Shown: in pieces, positions 12,428-24,914 of the stretch
Layout of the letters: each line of letters starts with the position of its first letter
Numbering within the stretch: position 1 is the stretch's first letter
Source: Mobula hypostoma
Lineage: Eukaryota
Direction: 5' to 3'
Length of the DNA stretch: 64,000 nucleotides
Assembly (NCBI RefSeq): GCF_963921235.1
Contig: NC_086108.1
Coordinates: forward strand, 47,246,001 to 47,310,000
Notes under the pieces: model-generated
Seen by the model: the letters and a program-made list of their open reading frames with translations, nothing else
Database searches by the model: none
What the model was told of the DNA's origin: nothing
Program-made: the position numbers and the translations under genes

Positions 12428-12663
12428 TAATAAATTTACTTTGAACTTTTAAATTATCAAAGTATATTTATGTCACTATATACAACCCTGAGATTCATTT
12501 TCTTGTGGACATACTCAATAAATCCATAATAGAATCAATGAAAGACTGCACTAACTCGGGCTTTCAACCAAAGAGCAAGAGACAACAAACTATGCAAATA
12601 CAAAAGAAAGAAATAATAATAATAAGCAATATCAAAAATATGAGATGAAGAGTCCTTGAAAGT
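12428..12663 (-). mobile_element. Rex1/Babar-type LINE 3' tail
   Basis: Reverse complement matches the tails at 35113-35365, 45610-45780 and 63650-63885 (gaatctcagggttgtata...tactttgata). Confidence 0.7.
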
Positions 12664-14013
12664 TAATTATTTTAAATTTAAGTTCAGAACTGAAGATTTT
12701 GTTGCTATTGGAATGTATCGTAAAATTGAATCCTGGTACATTTTAACATTGGGAGGACTAAAAACTCTTTCAATCACAGACTGCGAGAAAAATCATTTAA
12801 GAAGTGTCATACTGTCAGTGACATCCCTTATACACCCATTGATACTAATCCTACGTTAATCCCATTTTATTCCCTATAATGCCATTAGTTTCCCCTAGAT
12901 TTTACAACTCATCTGCACATCTGGGACATTTTACAGTGCCAATTAACCTTTCGATCTGCAAATCCTTGGGACGTGGGAGTATCAAGGAAACTCGCAGTCA
13001 TATGAAGAATGTACAAACTCCATCCAAGTTGGACTAGTGGTCAGCACTGAACCTAATATTCTGGAGGTGGAAGGCAGCAGCTCTGCTGGCTGCAATACTC
13101 AACTGCCTCTTTGTCCTTGTACAGTATCCAATTATGCCTGAGTAACTCTGATACATTGTTCCTGTCAAATGAGAACAACAACACTGCATTTGGAGATTAT
13201 TATGCTTGAGTAATCTCCATATCACATGGGTGACATTGCAACACTGTAACTGTGATAACCACCTACGAGAATGAAGTAAAATAATTGGAAAGCTTTGAGC
13301 ATTTAAGTAAGCTTTGTATAGGTGGATTTTACCAGTCCCACTGCAGCATTTGTTAAATGTTAAATTCACCCCAGTGTTGCTGCGGTGTAGGATACAGTAT
13401 TTCACTTGCACCTTACTAGACTAATGTCCTACGGTTATGTTGTGGTCAACTATAGGTGTATTTTCTCTACAGCTAGACAAATGGAAAAACAATGCAGTAT
13501 GTCACCAAAAAACATCACCGTTAGTAATGAATCACCATTCTCAGAAACTGCATGCACACCCATTGTCCGTCTACCACTTCTGAAAGGTTTGGCTGGGGTA
13601 CATCCTGGACTCTTCACTTCCTTCAATTGTGTCATCAAGTCTGTCATAATGTATCTAATGACTAATTACTGTTCTTCCCAGTTAACAGTTCTTCACCTTA
13701 GTTAGTGCAATTTGGGATGAGGGTCTTGTTGGTACACATTTCACTGCCTCAGCTTCTCAATTCCAAAGGCCTCCTCATGCCGTAGGGTATTTCCCTTTCT
13801 CTGTTCGGCTCTTCTGCATCCATCCCATTCATTCTTTTGTTCCTCTGTTCTTCACCTTTGTCTTTCCTTCTCCATTTACACTCTTCTATTGAACTGCATC
13901 CCTCACCATTGATCCAATTATCCCTCACCCTCTAGGCCCACTTGATCTAAGGAAGTGTAGCCGCATTGCAGACTATCCACAGCATATATAATCAAAAGAA
14001 AAGTCGTACTTAC

Positions 14014-14167
14014 CCTGGGGTATGGAAGTCCACTGGTGGTGTTGAATGCTGGTAGCAACCTGTACCCAAGTTCCTTTGCCATGTATAGAAGCTCATCATT
14101 ATACCACTGCATCTGCTCACTTTGCTCTTTCAGTATTGTAGCCATCGCATGACCTCCCAGCAAACCT
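14014..14167 (-). CDS. EDEM3: EDEM3 exon 6 (154 nt)
   Basis: gttag|...|gtaagt encodes [51 protein letters not shown] (within ORF 13918..14193). Confidence 0.97.
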
Positions 14168-14289
14168 CTAACAAGTGAAATAGTTACTGGCATCTCACAG
14201 ACTTCTCATGTGCAATTATCTATCAGATTCTGGTATTACTTTATATCATCTATTTACAAAGCTCATTTTCAACTATTGCCATTACTTAC

Positions 14290-14402
14290 CCTAGCACTCT
14301 TATATTAGTCTCAAAGACCGAGACAACAATATCATTATCCAAGTGAACATCATTTATAACCCTTTTCACAGCGGCTTCAAATTCTTCCACTTGGTTCAGC
14401 AG
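14290..14402 (-). CDS. EDEM3: EDEM3 exon 5 (113 nt)
   Basis: tctag|...|gtaagt encodes [37 protein letters not shown](G), containing the GH47 catalytic Glu motif VFETNIR. Confidence 0.97.
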
Positions 14403-14499
14403 CTAGAAACACAAAATCATATTACTCAGTGTCTCCTCCTGATTCTTTGACGTTCAATAGACAGTATTTTGAACCAAAAGCTAAGCTGTTTTCACTTAC

Positions 14500-14539
14500 T
14501 GCAAGTGTATCCAAAGTGTCAACCAAAGTCAAAGAAAAT
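14500..14539 (-). CDS. EDEM3: EDEM3 exon 4 (40 nt)
   Basis: ttcag|A TTT TCT ... GCA|gtaagt encodes FSLTLVDTLDTLA (GH47 mannosidase motif). Confidence 0.96.
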
Positions 14540-15390
14540 CTGAAAGACAATAGTTAACAGTTAACCTGAGGGCGAAGTGAACAGTTTTAGATGTATGGCA
14601 GTGGAAGTTTGCATGATGACTTCCATATCAATTTAATGTAGTTTTAGAACTTTTTCTTCTATTCACAGCTAAATATATGGAAATCAGCCAAAGAAAATGG
14701 GCAGGCAGTACAACTGTTTATATAAGAATAGCTGAAAGTCAGAACAAAATTGTTTTGCATTTTCCACAGAAATGGAGCAGAATTGTGGAATGCAATTCTC
14801 TGCCATCAGATTTCTGAATGGTCCACAAACCCATGAGCCCCTCATTATTTGTCCTTTGCACTTTTATTATTTAGTAACTTATAGTAATTTCTAGGTCTTG
14901 TACTATACCACTGCCGTTAAACCAAAAAAATCATGACATATGTTCGCAATAATTAATCTTATTCTGATTCTGAATTCTCAGATCACTAGTAATTAGGATT
15001 TGATTTACCAAAGAGAAATTCAATTTATCACACCTATTTGACATCTGTTTCATAAGCTTTCAGCAGTTGAAATATCAGGTTAAAAATAGTTATCTCATCC
15101 ACTCCCTTAATGTTTCATGGCAAGCCAATTTGAATCTTTAAGCATCTGGATTTATAAATAAGCAGACAGCTGTTTGCCTCTAACAGATGTAAAATTAATG
15201 GCTGCTGTCATTCACCGGTAGTGTTCCCACCTCAGAGCTAATAGATGGTTGATTCAATTTATTAAAATGCAAGTTATTTTCCTTTTTTTGAAATGGAGAA
15301 ATCAGACAGTTAGACTGACTGAAAACTATGGTTATGAAACAGTGTACCTCAATGCTCCAGCATTGACCTGAACTGGCAGTGTTCTTTAAA

Positions 15391-16295
15391 AGTACCACAA
15401 AGGTTGGGGGTGTTGTGGATAATGTGGAGGGCTGTCAGAGGTTACAGCGAGACATCGACAGGATGCAAAACTGGGCTGAGAAGTGGCAGATGGAGTTCAA
15501 CCCAGATAAGTGTGAGGTGGTTCATTTTGGTAAGTCAAATATGATGGCAGAATATAGTATTAATATATTTTATTAATGGTAAGACTCTTGGCAGTCTGGA
15601 AGACCACAGGGTTCTTGGGGTCAGAGTCCATAGGACACTCAAAGCTGCTACGCAGGTTGACTCTGTGGTTAAGAAGGCATAGGATACATTGGCCTTCATC
15701 AATCGTGGGATTGAGTTTAAGAGCCAAGAGGTAATGTTGCAGCTATATAGGACCCTGGTCAGACCCCACTTGGAGTACTGTGCTCACTATTGGTCGCCAA
15801 ACTACATGAAGGATGTGGAAACCATAGAAAAGGTGCAGAGGAGATTTACAAGGATGTTGCCTGGATTGGGGAGCATGCTTTATGAAAATAGGTTGAGTGA
15901 ACTTGGCCTTTTCTCCTTGGAGCAAAAAGGATGAGAGGTGACTGGATAGAGGTGTACAAAATAATGAGAAGCATTGATCGTGTGAATAGTCAGAGGCTTT
16001 TTCCCAGGGCTGAAATGGCTGGTACGACAGGGCATATTTTTAAGGTGCTTGGAAGCAGGTACAGAGGAGATATCAGGGGTAAGTTTTTTTACGCAGAGAA
16101 TGGTAAGTGTGGAATGGGCTGCCAGCGGCAATGGTGGATGTGGAAACGATACGGTCTTTTAAGAGACCCCCAGACAGGTACATGGAGCTTAGAAAAATAG
16201 AGGACTATGGGTACGCCTAGTGATTTCTAAGGTAAGGACATGTTCGGCACAGCTTTGTGGGCCAAAGGGCCTGTATTGTGCTGTAGGTTTCTATG
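15391..16295 (+). mobile_element. 5'-truncated CR1 LINE
   Basis: ORF2 C-terminal pieces (LQRDIDRMQNWAEKWQMEFNPDKCEV; LVRPHLEYC) plus 3' tail; highly similar to 29496-30719. Confidence 0.93.
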
Positions 16296-17021
16296 TTTAC
16301 TCCTCTATAGATGAACACAAAACAAAATGCAAGGCCATGAATGATCAAAATTGGATAATCTTTCCCTTTCACTTTCATCTTACGGTTATATTAAATACTC
16401 TTAGTACTGACTGGTATATTTAAAAAACCTTAGATAATCACTGATAATTTATAATACTACCATCTCAACTTTTAACCTGTACTGAATTACTTTGAATTTC
16501 GAAGCTATAAAATATTTGCCTTTGGAATATTTATGATTTCAGATGATAAAAGCATAACCACATTCTAAATATTGATAATTTAGTGCAAAATGAACTCAGA
16601 TCCAATAGCTACTGGATGGTAAAATACCACCTGAAGAATCTACAGTAAACTAGAAATCAGTTTCCATTTTATCGGAAGCCATTTAGCCTTCAATGTGACA
16701 TAATGCAGAGGTTAAGACTTTTTGCACCACCTATACCTTACAGATAACTTGCAAAAGTGACAATTAAATTTCACTGAACACACTTTAGATGAAAAGTAAC
16801 TATAAGTCTAAGATTCAGAATTAAAAAGCTTTGGGTTGAATAGGAACTCCCAAAACATCTGCTTCCTTGAAAACCAAAAAAAAATCAAAGTACAATGCAT
16901 CTTCCGTACAATTCTCACTTCATCTAAACTCTTCTCTCACTTATATTTCAAACTGTTTTTCAGAATGTCTGTGAACAAATGCTGAAACTAGTAAGGGGAA
17001 TTAGCCAAAAGCAGCACTAAC

Positions 17022-17122
17022 TTGCCGAGGGCATCATCCACATCACCACGACTGGGTTCCAAGCCACGAACACGGCCGCGGCATGTCAGAGGCATTAGCT
17101 CATCAGCTGGGTATGCATGTTC
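17022..17122 (-). CDS. EDEM3: EDEM3 exon 3 (101 nt)
   Basis: tgcag|...|gttagt encodes [33 protein letters not shown](K), near-identical to EDEM3 including the conserved Cys. Confidence 0.97.
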
Positions 17123-17259
17123 CTGCACAAATGCAAAATTAAAATTAAAAATTCAAATTATGCAATTGCACTCTGCATGCACCAAATTTCACAAAAATTG
17201 ATTCAATACAGAAATTAATCACATTTGGTGAGATCACATCTGGAATATTGTCTACACCA

Positions 17260-18610
17260 TAGAGTCATAGCAGAGAAACAGGCCCTTCGTCCCATCTAGT
17301 CCATGCCAAAACCACTTAAGCTGCCTACTCCTAATGATCTGCACCTGGACCATAACCCTCCCTATCCCTACTAAATTTTCTCTGTTCTCTCTCAACCTTG
17401 TTTACATCTTTCCTGTAGGTAGGTGACCAAAACTGCATACAATACTCCAAATTAGGCCTCACCAACATCTTATACTACCTCAATATAACATCCCATCTTC
17501 TGTACTCAATATGTTGATATATGAAGGTCAATATGCCAAAAGCCTTTTTTATGACCCTATCTACCTATGACGCCACTTACAACAAATTATGGACCTGTAT
17601 TCCCAGATCCCTTTGTTCTACCATACTCCTCAGGAAACTAACTTTTAATGTGTAAGACCTACACCTTGCATTAAATTCCATCTGCCATTTTTCAGCCCAT
17701 TTTTCCAGACAATGCAGATCCCTCTGCAAGCCATGATAGCCTTCCTCACTGTCCACTCCACCCCTAATCTTGTTACCATCTGCAAATCTGATCATCCAGT
17801 TAACCACATTATCCTTCAGATCACTGATCTAGATAAGAAACCACAAAGCACCCAGCACTGATCCCTGTGGCACACCACAAGTCACGGGCCTCCAGTGAGA
17901 GAGGCAACCCTCTGCTGGCACTCCCTGGCTTCTCTCACAAAGCCAATGTCTAATCCAGTTTACTACCTCATCTTGAATGCCGTGACTGAACCCTCTTGAC
18001 CAATTTACCATGCAGGACCTTGTAACATGCCTTACTAAAGTCCATGTAGACAACATCCACTGCCTTGCCTTCATCCACTTTCCTGGTAACTTACTCAAAA
18101 AGCTCTATAAGATTGGTTAAGCATGAACTACTACATACGAAGCCATGCTGACTATTCTTAATTAGTCCACGTCTATCCAAATACTTATATATCTGGTCCC
18201 TTAAAATAACTTCCAATAACTTTCTCACAACTTACGTAAGACTCACTGGCCTATAATTTCCTTGTTTATGTTTAGAGCCTTTTTCAAACACAGTGGAACA
18301 ACATCGGCTATCCTCCAATCTCTGATACCTCCCTTATCACTAAGGATGTTTAAATATCGCTTCAAGAGTCCCGGCAATTTCTGTACCTGCCTCCCATAGG
18401 ACCCGAGGGAACACCTTGTCATCCACGATGATCTGTCTCAGGGTAGTAAACACCTCCTCCTCTGTAATCTGTACAGGATCTGTGAAGTTAATGCCGCTTT
18501 GCCTCACTTCTATAGAGTCTATATCCATCTCCCGACTAAATATAGGTACAAAGAACGTATTTAAGATCTCCCCATCTGTTTTGGTTCCACACATGGATTA
18601 CCATTCTGGC
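17260..18610 (-). mobile_element. CR1 LINE fragment (RT region to 3' tail, internally deleted)
   Basis: ORFs 17577..17807, 17829..18098 (GVPQGSVLG) and 18340..18594. Confidence 0.9.
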
Positions 18611-18939
18611 CTTCCAGAGGACCAAGACCTCCTGATGCAGCAGGAGCACTGGGACAAAGAACAATAAATAACAAAGAACAACTATGGGGATCAAACTCAG
18701 GAAAAGAGTGGCTTCATTTGCAATCCCTGCAGAATCTATCAGGGCAGAACACAGCTGCTCCAGAAAAGAAATGTGGGGATAAAAAATAATTCTGGACAAA
18801 TACCTGACATAAAGTAAGGATGAAAACAGTAATTGAGCTAACCAAGGGAAAACAGATGAACAAAATTCCTGATGATTTTGCGCCATCATTTCATGGACCT
18901 TTAACATGATGCTCTCAAAACACTACTCTTCCTATTCTC

Positions 18940-19325
18940 CATCTACTCTACCAAGGGAGTACTTTCTCCAACACCCTGGTCCAAACATCCATCTCTTCTT
19001 TACCTTTCTGTGCATATACAGGCGATGCATCACAAAATGGTCACCCAATCAATGTTCGGTCACCCCATTTACAAGCATTGAATGCCAAGCCACTAGACAG
19101 TGATTTGGTAACACATTCAGACACATCCATTCAGTACTCAAGGGTAGCAGCAAACTTCCAGTCATCTGAGCTTTTAAAATTCTGATTTTTACTCTCTCTC
19201 ACTCCTCTTCGCCCTAAACTATTTCAATGGAGCCTAATGCAAGAGTGAAGAACAATGCATCTAATTCTTTGAATTGAGCGTTCTGAACTGAAAATTGAGC
19301 TTAACAATTCCAAATTGCTGCAATT
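18940..19325 (+). mobile_element. Degenerate Penelope GIY-YIG fragment
   Basis: Similar to 26300-26750; aagagtgaagaacaatgcatctaattcttt resembles the KLEEQHLIF motif. Confidence 0.45.
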
Positions 19326-19489
19326 TGTCTTTATAAAAATCTCTAGTTCCTTGGAAATGCTTCATCTCCCTTCTCAAATATAAGTGCTACAACAGCTACT
19401 CACCAGTGTTTTGACATCTCATATTTTTCTAGCAATTCATTATGTGTGTGTAATGTAACGAATTGATCTTGGCCCTATATTCTTTTTCA

Positions 19490-19830
19490 GGCAGATATGG
19501 CTCGTCAGCCGTGGTAGGCAGCTCATCTAGGGGAAGGAAAACTTTGATCTCAAATCTCCGCTGCCGTGCGGCTAAACCCACTCATGGGGAAGGCTTTGTG
19601 AGTCCCTAAGGCAGTCCTACGTTGAGTTCAATGTTGACAGGCAACACCTGCGACACTGCTGGTACCAAACTGTATCGGTTTCTGCTGTTCCTTTGGGTTC
19701 ATCAGATGCCTGGAGAGAGGGAGCTTGCTACATGGGCAACAGCTTGCTCTCCATATCATACTGCCCAGGCTCGTGTATCTAGACAGCTAGGACGCAATAT
19801 CCATGGTCAGCTCTGACCAACAGAGGCCTC
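19490..19830 (+). mobile_element. Interspersed repeat, probably RTE-derived non-autonomous element
   Basis: GC-richer block with ctaggggaaggaaaactttgatctcaaatc...ctgccgtgcggcta, recalled as resembling RTE 5' regions; not verified. Confidence 0.3.
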
Positions 19831-19919
19831 AGACAGATATTCTTTTAATGTACATGGAGGTAGTGGGATTTATGATGAATTTGACTGATTTTATCTTTTT
19901 GTGATCTTTTAAAAAATTC

Positions 19920-22900
19920 ATGACCTGATAGAGGACGCCACGGTGATCGGGTTTCTGGCACTGAGCCTGGTTCCGTGGTGCAGAAGGGAGAGAAGAAGAT
20001 GAGGCATGTGGTAGTCATAGGGGATTCCATAGTGACAGAAACAGACAGGAGGTTCTGTCAGCCTGCTAGAGATACCCACGAACTGGAGTGATAGAACTGA
20101 GGAAGGGGACAACAGAAATAAATCAAAGATAGCGTGCAACAGAGATGATAGAAAGGACAGGCAAGAGATGAAGCATAATCACAGCCAGTGGGATGAGTTA
20201 CAGGGCAATACAGGTGTTGTGCAGTTAAAACAGAAAGCAACAAATACTGGACTGAAAGTGTTGTATTTGAATGCACGCAGCATAAGAAATAAAATGGATG
20301 ATCTTGAAATTCAGCTACAGATTGGCAAGTATGATGTTGTGGCCATCTCTGAAACTTGGCTAAAGGATGGCTGCCATTGGGAGTTGAATGTCCAAGGACA
20401 TATGGTGTATCGGAAAGATACGTTAGTAGGCAGAGGGGGTAGTGTGGCCCTGTGTATAAGAAATAATATTAAGTCATTAGAAAGGGAGGACATAGGATCG
20501 GAAGGTATAGCGTCTCTATGGGTTGAGTTAAGAAATAGCAAGGGTAAAAGAACGCTAATGGCAGTTGTATACAGGCCTCCAAACAACAACCGGGACGTGG
20601 ATTACAAAGTACAGCAGGAGATAGAAAAGGTGTGTCAGAAGGGCAATGTCATGTTAATCGTTGGGGACTTTAACATGAAAGTGGATTGAGAAAACCAGAC
20701 CAGTACTGGACCTCAAGAGAGAGAATTTGTAGAATATCTATGGGATGGCTTTTTAGAACAGCTTGTTGTTGAGCCCACTAGGGGATCAGCTGTGTTGGAT
20801 TGGGTGTTGTGCAAAGATCGGAGGTGATAAGAGAGCTTAAGGTTAAGGAACCCTTAGGGAACAGTGATCACAATATGATTGAGTTCACTCTGAAATTTGG
20901 GAAGGAGAAACTAAAATCCAATGTCTCGGTATTTCAGTACAATAAAGGAAATTACAATGGCATGAGACGGGAACCGGCCAAGGTTAACTGGAAAGGAACA
21001 CGAGCAGGGAGAACAGCAGATCAGCAAAATGAGGGAATTGCAAGATAAAATAAGAAGAAATTTTCAAATGGAGGAAGGTCACTACCATGGCTGACAAGTG
21101 AAGTCACAGCCAAAGTAAAAACAAAAGAGAGGGCATAAAAGGAAGCCAAAGCTAGTGGGAAGATAGAGGATTGGGAAGCTTTTAAAAACTTGTAGAAGGA
21201 AACTAAGAAGGTCATTAGGAAGGAAAAGATGAATTATGAAAAGAAGCTGGCGGCTAATATCAAAGAAGATACTAAAAGCTTTTTTAAGTATATAAAGAGT
21301 AATAGAGAATTGAGGGTAGATATAGGACCAATACAAAATGACGCTAGAGATGTTGAAAGAGAGATGCAGAGATAGCAGAGGAACTGAATGCGTATTTTGC
21401 ATTAGTCTTCACAGTGGAAGACATCTGCAGTATACCGGACATTCAAAAGTGTCAGAGAAGTGAAGTATGTGCAGTGAAAATTACAACTGAAAAGGTGCTC
21501 AGGAAGCTTAATGATCTGAGGGTGGATAAATCTCCTGGACCTGATGGAATGCGCTCTTGGGTTCTGAAAGAAGTAGCTGGAGAGTTTGCGGAGGCATTAA
21601 CAATGGTCTTTCAAGAATTGATAGATTTTGGCGTTGTACCGGATGACTGGAAAATTGCAAATGTTACTCTGCAATTTAAGAAGGGTGGGAGGCAGCAGAA
21701 AGGAAATTATAGACCTTTTAGCCTGACACCAGTGGTTGGGAAGCTGCTGGAATCGATTGTTAGGGATGAGATTACAGAATACCTGGAGGCACATGACAAG
21801 GTAGGCCAAAGCCAGCATAGTTTACTGAAAGGAAAATCCTGCCTGACTAACCTACTGCAATTTTTTGAGGTAATTACAAGCAGGGTAGACGAAGGAGATG
21901 CAGTAGATGTGGTGTATTTGGATTTTCAGAAGGCCTTTGACAAGGTGCCACACATGAGGCTGCTTAGCAAGGTAAGAGCCCATGGAATTACAGGGGAGTT
22001 ACTAGCATGGGTGGAGCACTGGCTGATCGGCAGAGAACAGAGAGTGGGAATAAAGGGATCCTATTCTGGCTGGCTGCCGGTTACCAGTGGAGTTCCACAA
22101 GGGTCAGTGTTGGGACTGCTGCTTTTTACGATGTATGATTTGGACTATGGGATTAATGGAGTTGTAGCTAAATTTGTTGATGATACAAAAATAGGTGGAG
22201 GATTGGGTAGTGTCGAGGAAACAGAGAGCCTGCAGAGAGACTTAGATAGTTTAGGGAAATGGGCAAAGACGTGGCAAATGAAATACAATGTTGGAAAGTG
22301 TATAGTCATGCACTTTGGTGGAAGAAATAAACAGGCAGACTGTTATTTAGATGGGGAGAAAATTCAAAATACAGAGATGCAAAGGGACTTGGGAGTCCTT
22401 GTGCAGGATACCCTAAAGGTTAACCTCCAGATTGAGTCAGTGGTGAAGAAGGCAAATACAATGTTGGCATTAATTTCGAGAGGTATACAATATAAGAGCC
22501 GGGATATGATGTTAAGGCTCTGTAAAGCACTCGTGAGACCATTCTTGGAGTATTGTGTGCAGTTTTGGGCTCCTTATTTTAGAAAGGATATACTGACATT
22601 GGAGAGGGTTCAGAGAAGATTCACAAGAATGATTCCAGGAATGAACGGGTTACCGTATGAGGAATGTCTGGCAGCCCTTGGGCTGTATTTCCTGGAGTTC
22701 AGAAGAATGAGGGGTGATCTCATAGAAACATTCCAAATGTTAAAAGGCGTGAACAGATTAGATACGGCAAAGTTATTTCCCATGGTAGGGGAGTCTAAGA
22801 CAAGAGGGCATGACTTCAGGATTGAAGGACGTCCATTTAGAACAGAGATGCAGAGAAATTGCCTAAGTCAGAGGGTGGTAAATCTGTGGAATTTGTTGCC

Positions 22901-23106
22901 ACGAGCGGCCGTAAGAGGCCAAGTCATTGGGTACATTTAAAGCAGAGATAGATAGGCTCTTAATTAGCCTCGGCATCAAAGGGTATGGGGAGAAGGCAGG
23001 GGAGTGGGGATGACTGGAAAAATTGGATCAGCCCATGATTGAATGGCGGAGCAGACTCGATGGGCTGAATGGCCTGCTTCTGCTCCTATATCTTATGGTC
23101 TTATGG
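19920..23106 (+). mobile_element. Near full-length CR1 ORF2 (APE endonuclease + RT) with ORF1 esterase remnant; inactivated
   Basis: VVIGDSIV remnant (~20010). Endonuclease LYLNARSI...ISETWL...YRPPN...VGDFN (20168..20689) and SDHN. RT 508-aa ORF 21414..22940 (YLDFQKAFDKV, GVPQGSVLG, FVDDTK). 3' tail tcttatggtcttatgg; several in-frame stops. Confidence 0.96.
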
Positions 23107-23323
23107 AGACATCATTTGCTTCCACTTCTGCATGAAGGACCCTCTAATTCTGCCCTCACTCAGCAAGACAACTTTTAACAACTTCCTTGCATTTAAAATT
23201 TTTGTGTAATATGCAATCTACTTCACTCGTTTTGTATCAAATTAATGTGCCTCAGTGTTCCTGCTTTTATTATACTCACTCACTGAAATCCTGTTTTGCA
23301 CTTCTACTTCTTTTAATTACTTA

Positions 23324-24914
23324 CAGGTGTCTCCCGCTTTTCGAACGTTCGCTTTACGAAACCTCACTGTTACGAAAGACCTACATTAGTACCCTGTTTT
23401 TGCTTTCAGAAGGTGTTTTCACTGTTACGAAGAAAGGCAGCACGCGATAAAAAAATCAGCGCGCGATAAAAGGCAGCGCGCCGCCCGGGCAGCCGCTCTC
23501 CCCCGGATTCGGAACGGCATTACTTTAACACGTTGTATTGAGTAGCCGTTAGCAAGATGAGTTCTAAGGTGTCGGAAAAGACTGAAAGAGTAAGGGTGTT
23601 ACACTTAGCGTAAAACTAGACATAATTAAGTGTGTCGATCGTGGTGAACGAAGTAAAGACAAAGTGAGTTTGGCTTGTGGAAGTTGACGAAGATGATGTT
23701 GAAGAGGTTTTGGCATCCCATGACCAAGAACTGATAGATGAAGTGCTGATGCAATTGGAAGAGGAAAGGATAACAATCGAAACCGAATGCAGAAAGTGAA
23801 GCAACTGCGTGAGATTTTCGCTGCAGTGATAAAGTACGACTTTAATTTTGAAAGGGTACGTAGGTTTAGGGGATAGTTGCAGGATGGTTTGAGTGCTTAC
23901 AAACAACTGTACCATAGAAAAATGCGCGAGGCTCAGCAATCAAGCAAGCCTTCCACATCAGCCACAGCAGACGACGAACCTTGACTTTCGACATCGAGGC
24001 AGGCAGTCATAGGAGAAGATGAGCTGCCTGCCCTGATCGACAATGAGATGACACCCCCGTGTCCCACCACCCCAACACCCGGGCCCCGGACAGATACTGT
24101 ACCGATTCGCGAAGAATGCAGCGGTAGCCGGGAGGTACACAGCACATCGTTAAGAAAAAAGTCGAAGTAAACATGCTAATTAATTAGGTGCCACCTAGCA
24201 CGTAATTGTCGGCCCAGATCAGAGGCGATGCAATCGGCAATCGCCTCTGATCTGCACCGACATTTACATGCCGGGCAGCACCTAATTAATTAGCATGTTT
24301 ATTTCGGCTTTTTTCTTAACGATGTGCTGTGTGCCTCCCGGCTACCGCTGCATCCTTCGCGGCAATGTATCAGCCCAGAGGGTGGGGGCCACTACACCAC
24401 CCAGCCTGCGACGACTCAGTCTAACACACCATCATCAGTGTGCTCGGCGCTGTTTTCCCAATTCCGGTAAGTGATACTACACTGTACATACATTATTTCT
24501 ACTTTATATAGGCTGTGTATTTTTACGTGTTATTTGGTAGATTTGGCAGCTTCATAGTTTAAAAGTTACTGGAGAGCGCATTTATGCCAACAGCGCTTGC
24601 GTGAGATTTTCTGCCGAGAGCGCTTGCTTGAGATTTTTGCTACGGAGATCTGTGCAGGCAATCATTGTAGAGAAGTATTTCTACTTTATATAAGCTGTGT
24701 ATTTATCATATCATTCCTGCTTTTACTATATGTTACTGTTATTTTAGGTTTTATGTGTTATTTGGCATGATTTGGTAGGTTATTTTTGGGTCTGCGAACA
24801 CTCACAAGATTTTCCCCATATAAATAAATAGTAATTGCTTCTTCGCTTTACGACATTTCGGCTTACGAACCGTTTCATAGGAACGCTCTACCTTCAGATG
24901 GCGGGGGAAACCTG
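23324..24914 (+). mobile_element. Non-autonomous pogo/Tigger-like DNA transposon
   Basis: TA-flanked (23322-23323, 24915-24916) imperfect TIRs caggtgtctcccgc / caggtttcccccgc. CENP-B-type HTH remnant VTLSVKLDIIKCVDRGE and acidic DEDDVEEVLASHDQEL remnant. Confidence 0.85.
24108..24361. repeat. Long imperfect palindrome (~250 bp), hAT-MITE-derived, inside the Tigger-like element
   Basis: cgcgaagaatgcagcggtagccgggagg ... cctcccggctaccgctgcatccttcgcg, with centre cagatcagaggcgat-loop-atcgcctctgatctg. Confidence 0.9.

Noticed and set aside
15558..15577. 13-bp insertion duplicating tattaat inside the CR1 copy relative to 29981-29997
   Set aside because: Could be an excision footprint or slippage, but it is too short to distinguish and lies in a dead repeat.
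21414..22940. 508-aa ORF as a host gene or novel RT-based system
   Set aside because: It is the RT portion of an ordinary CR1 LINE, with upstream stops and a typical 3' tail.
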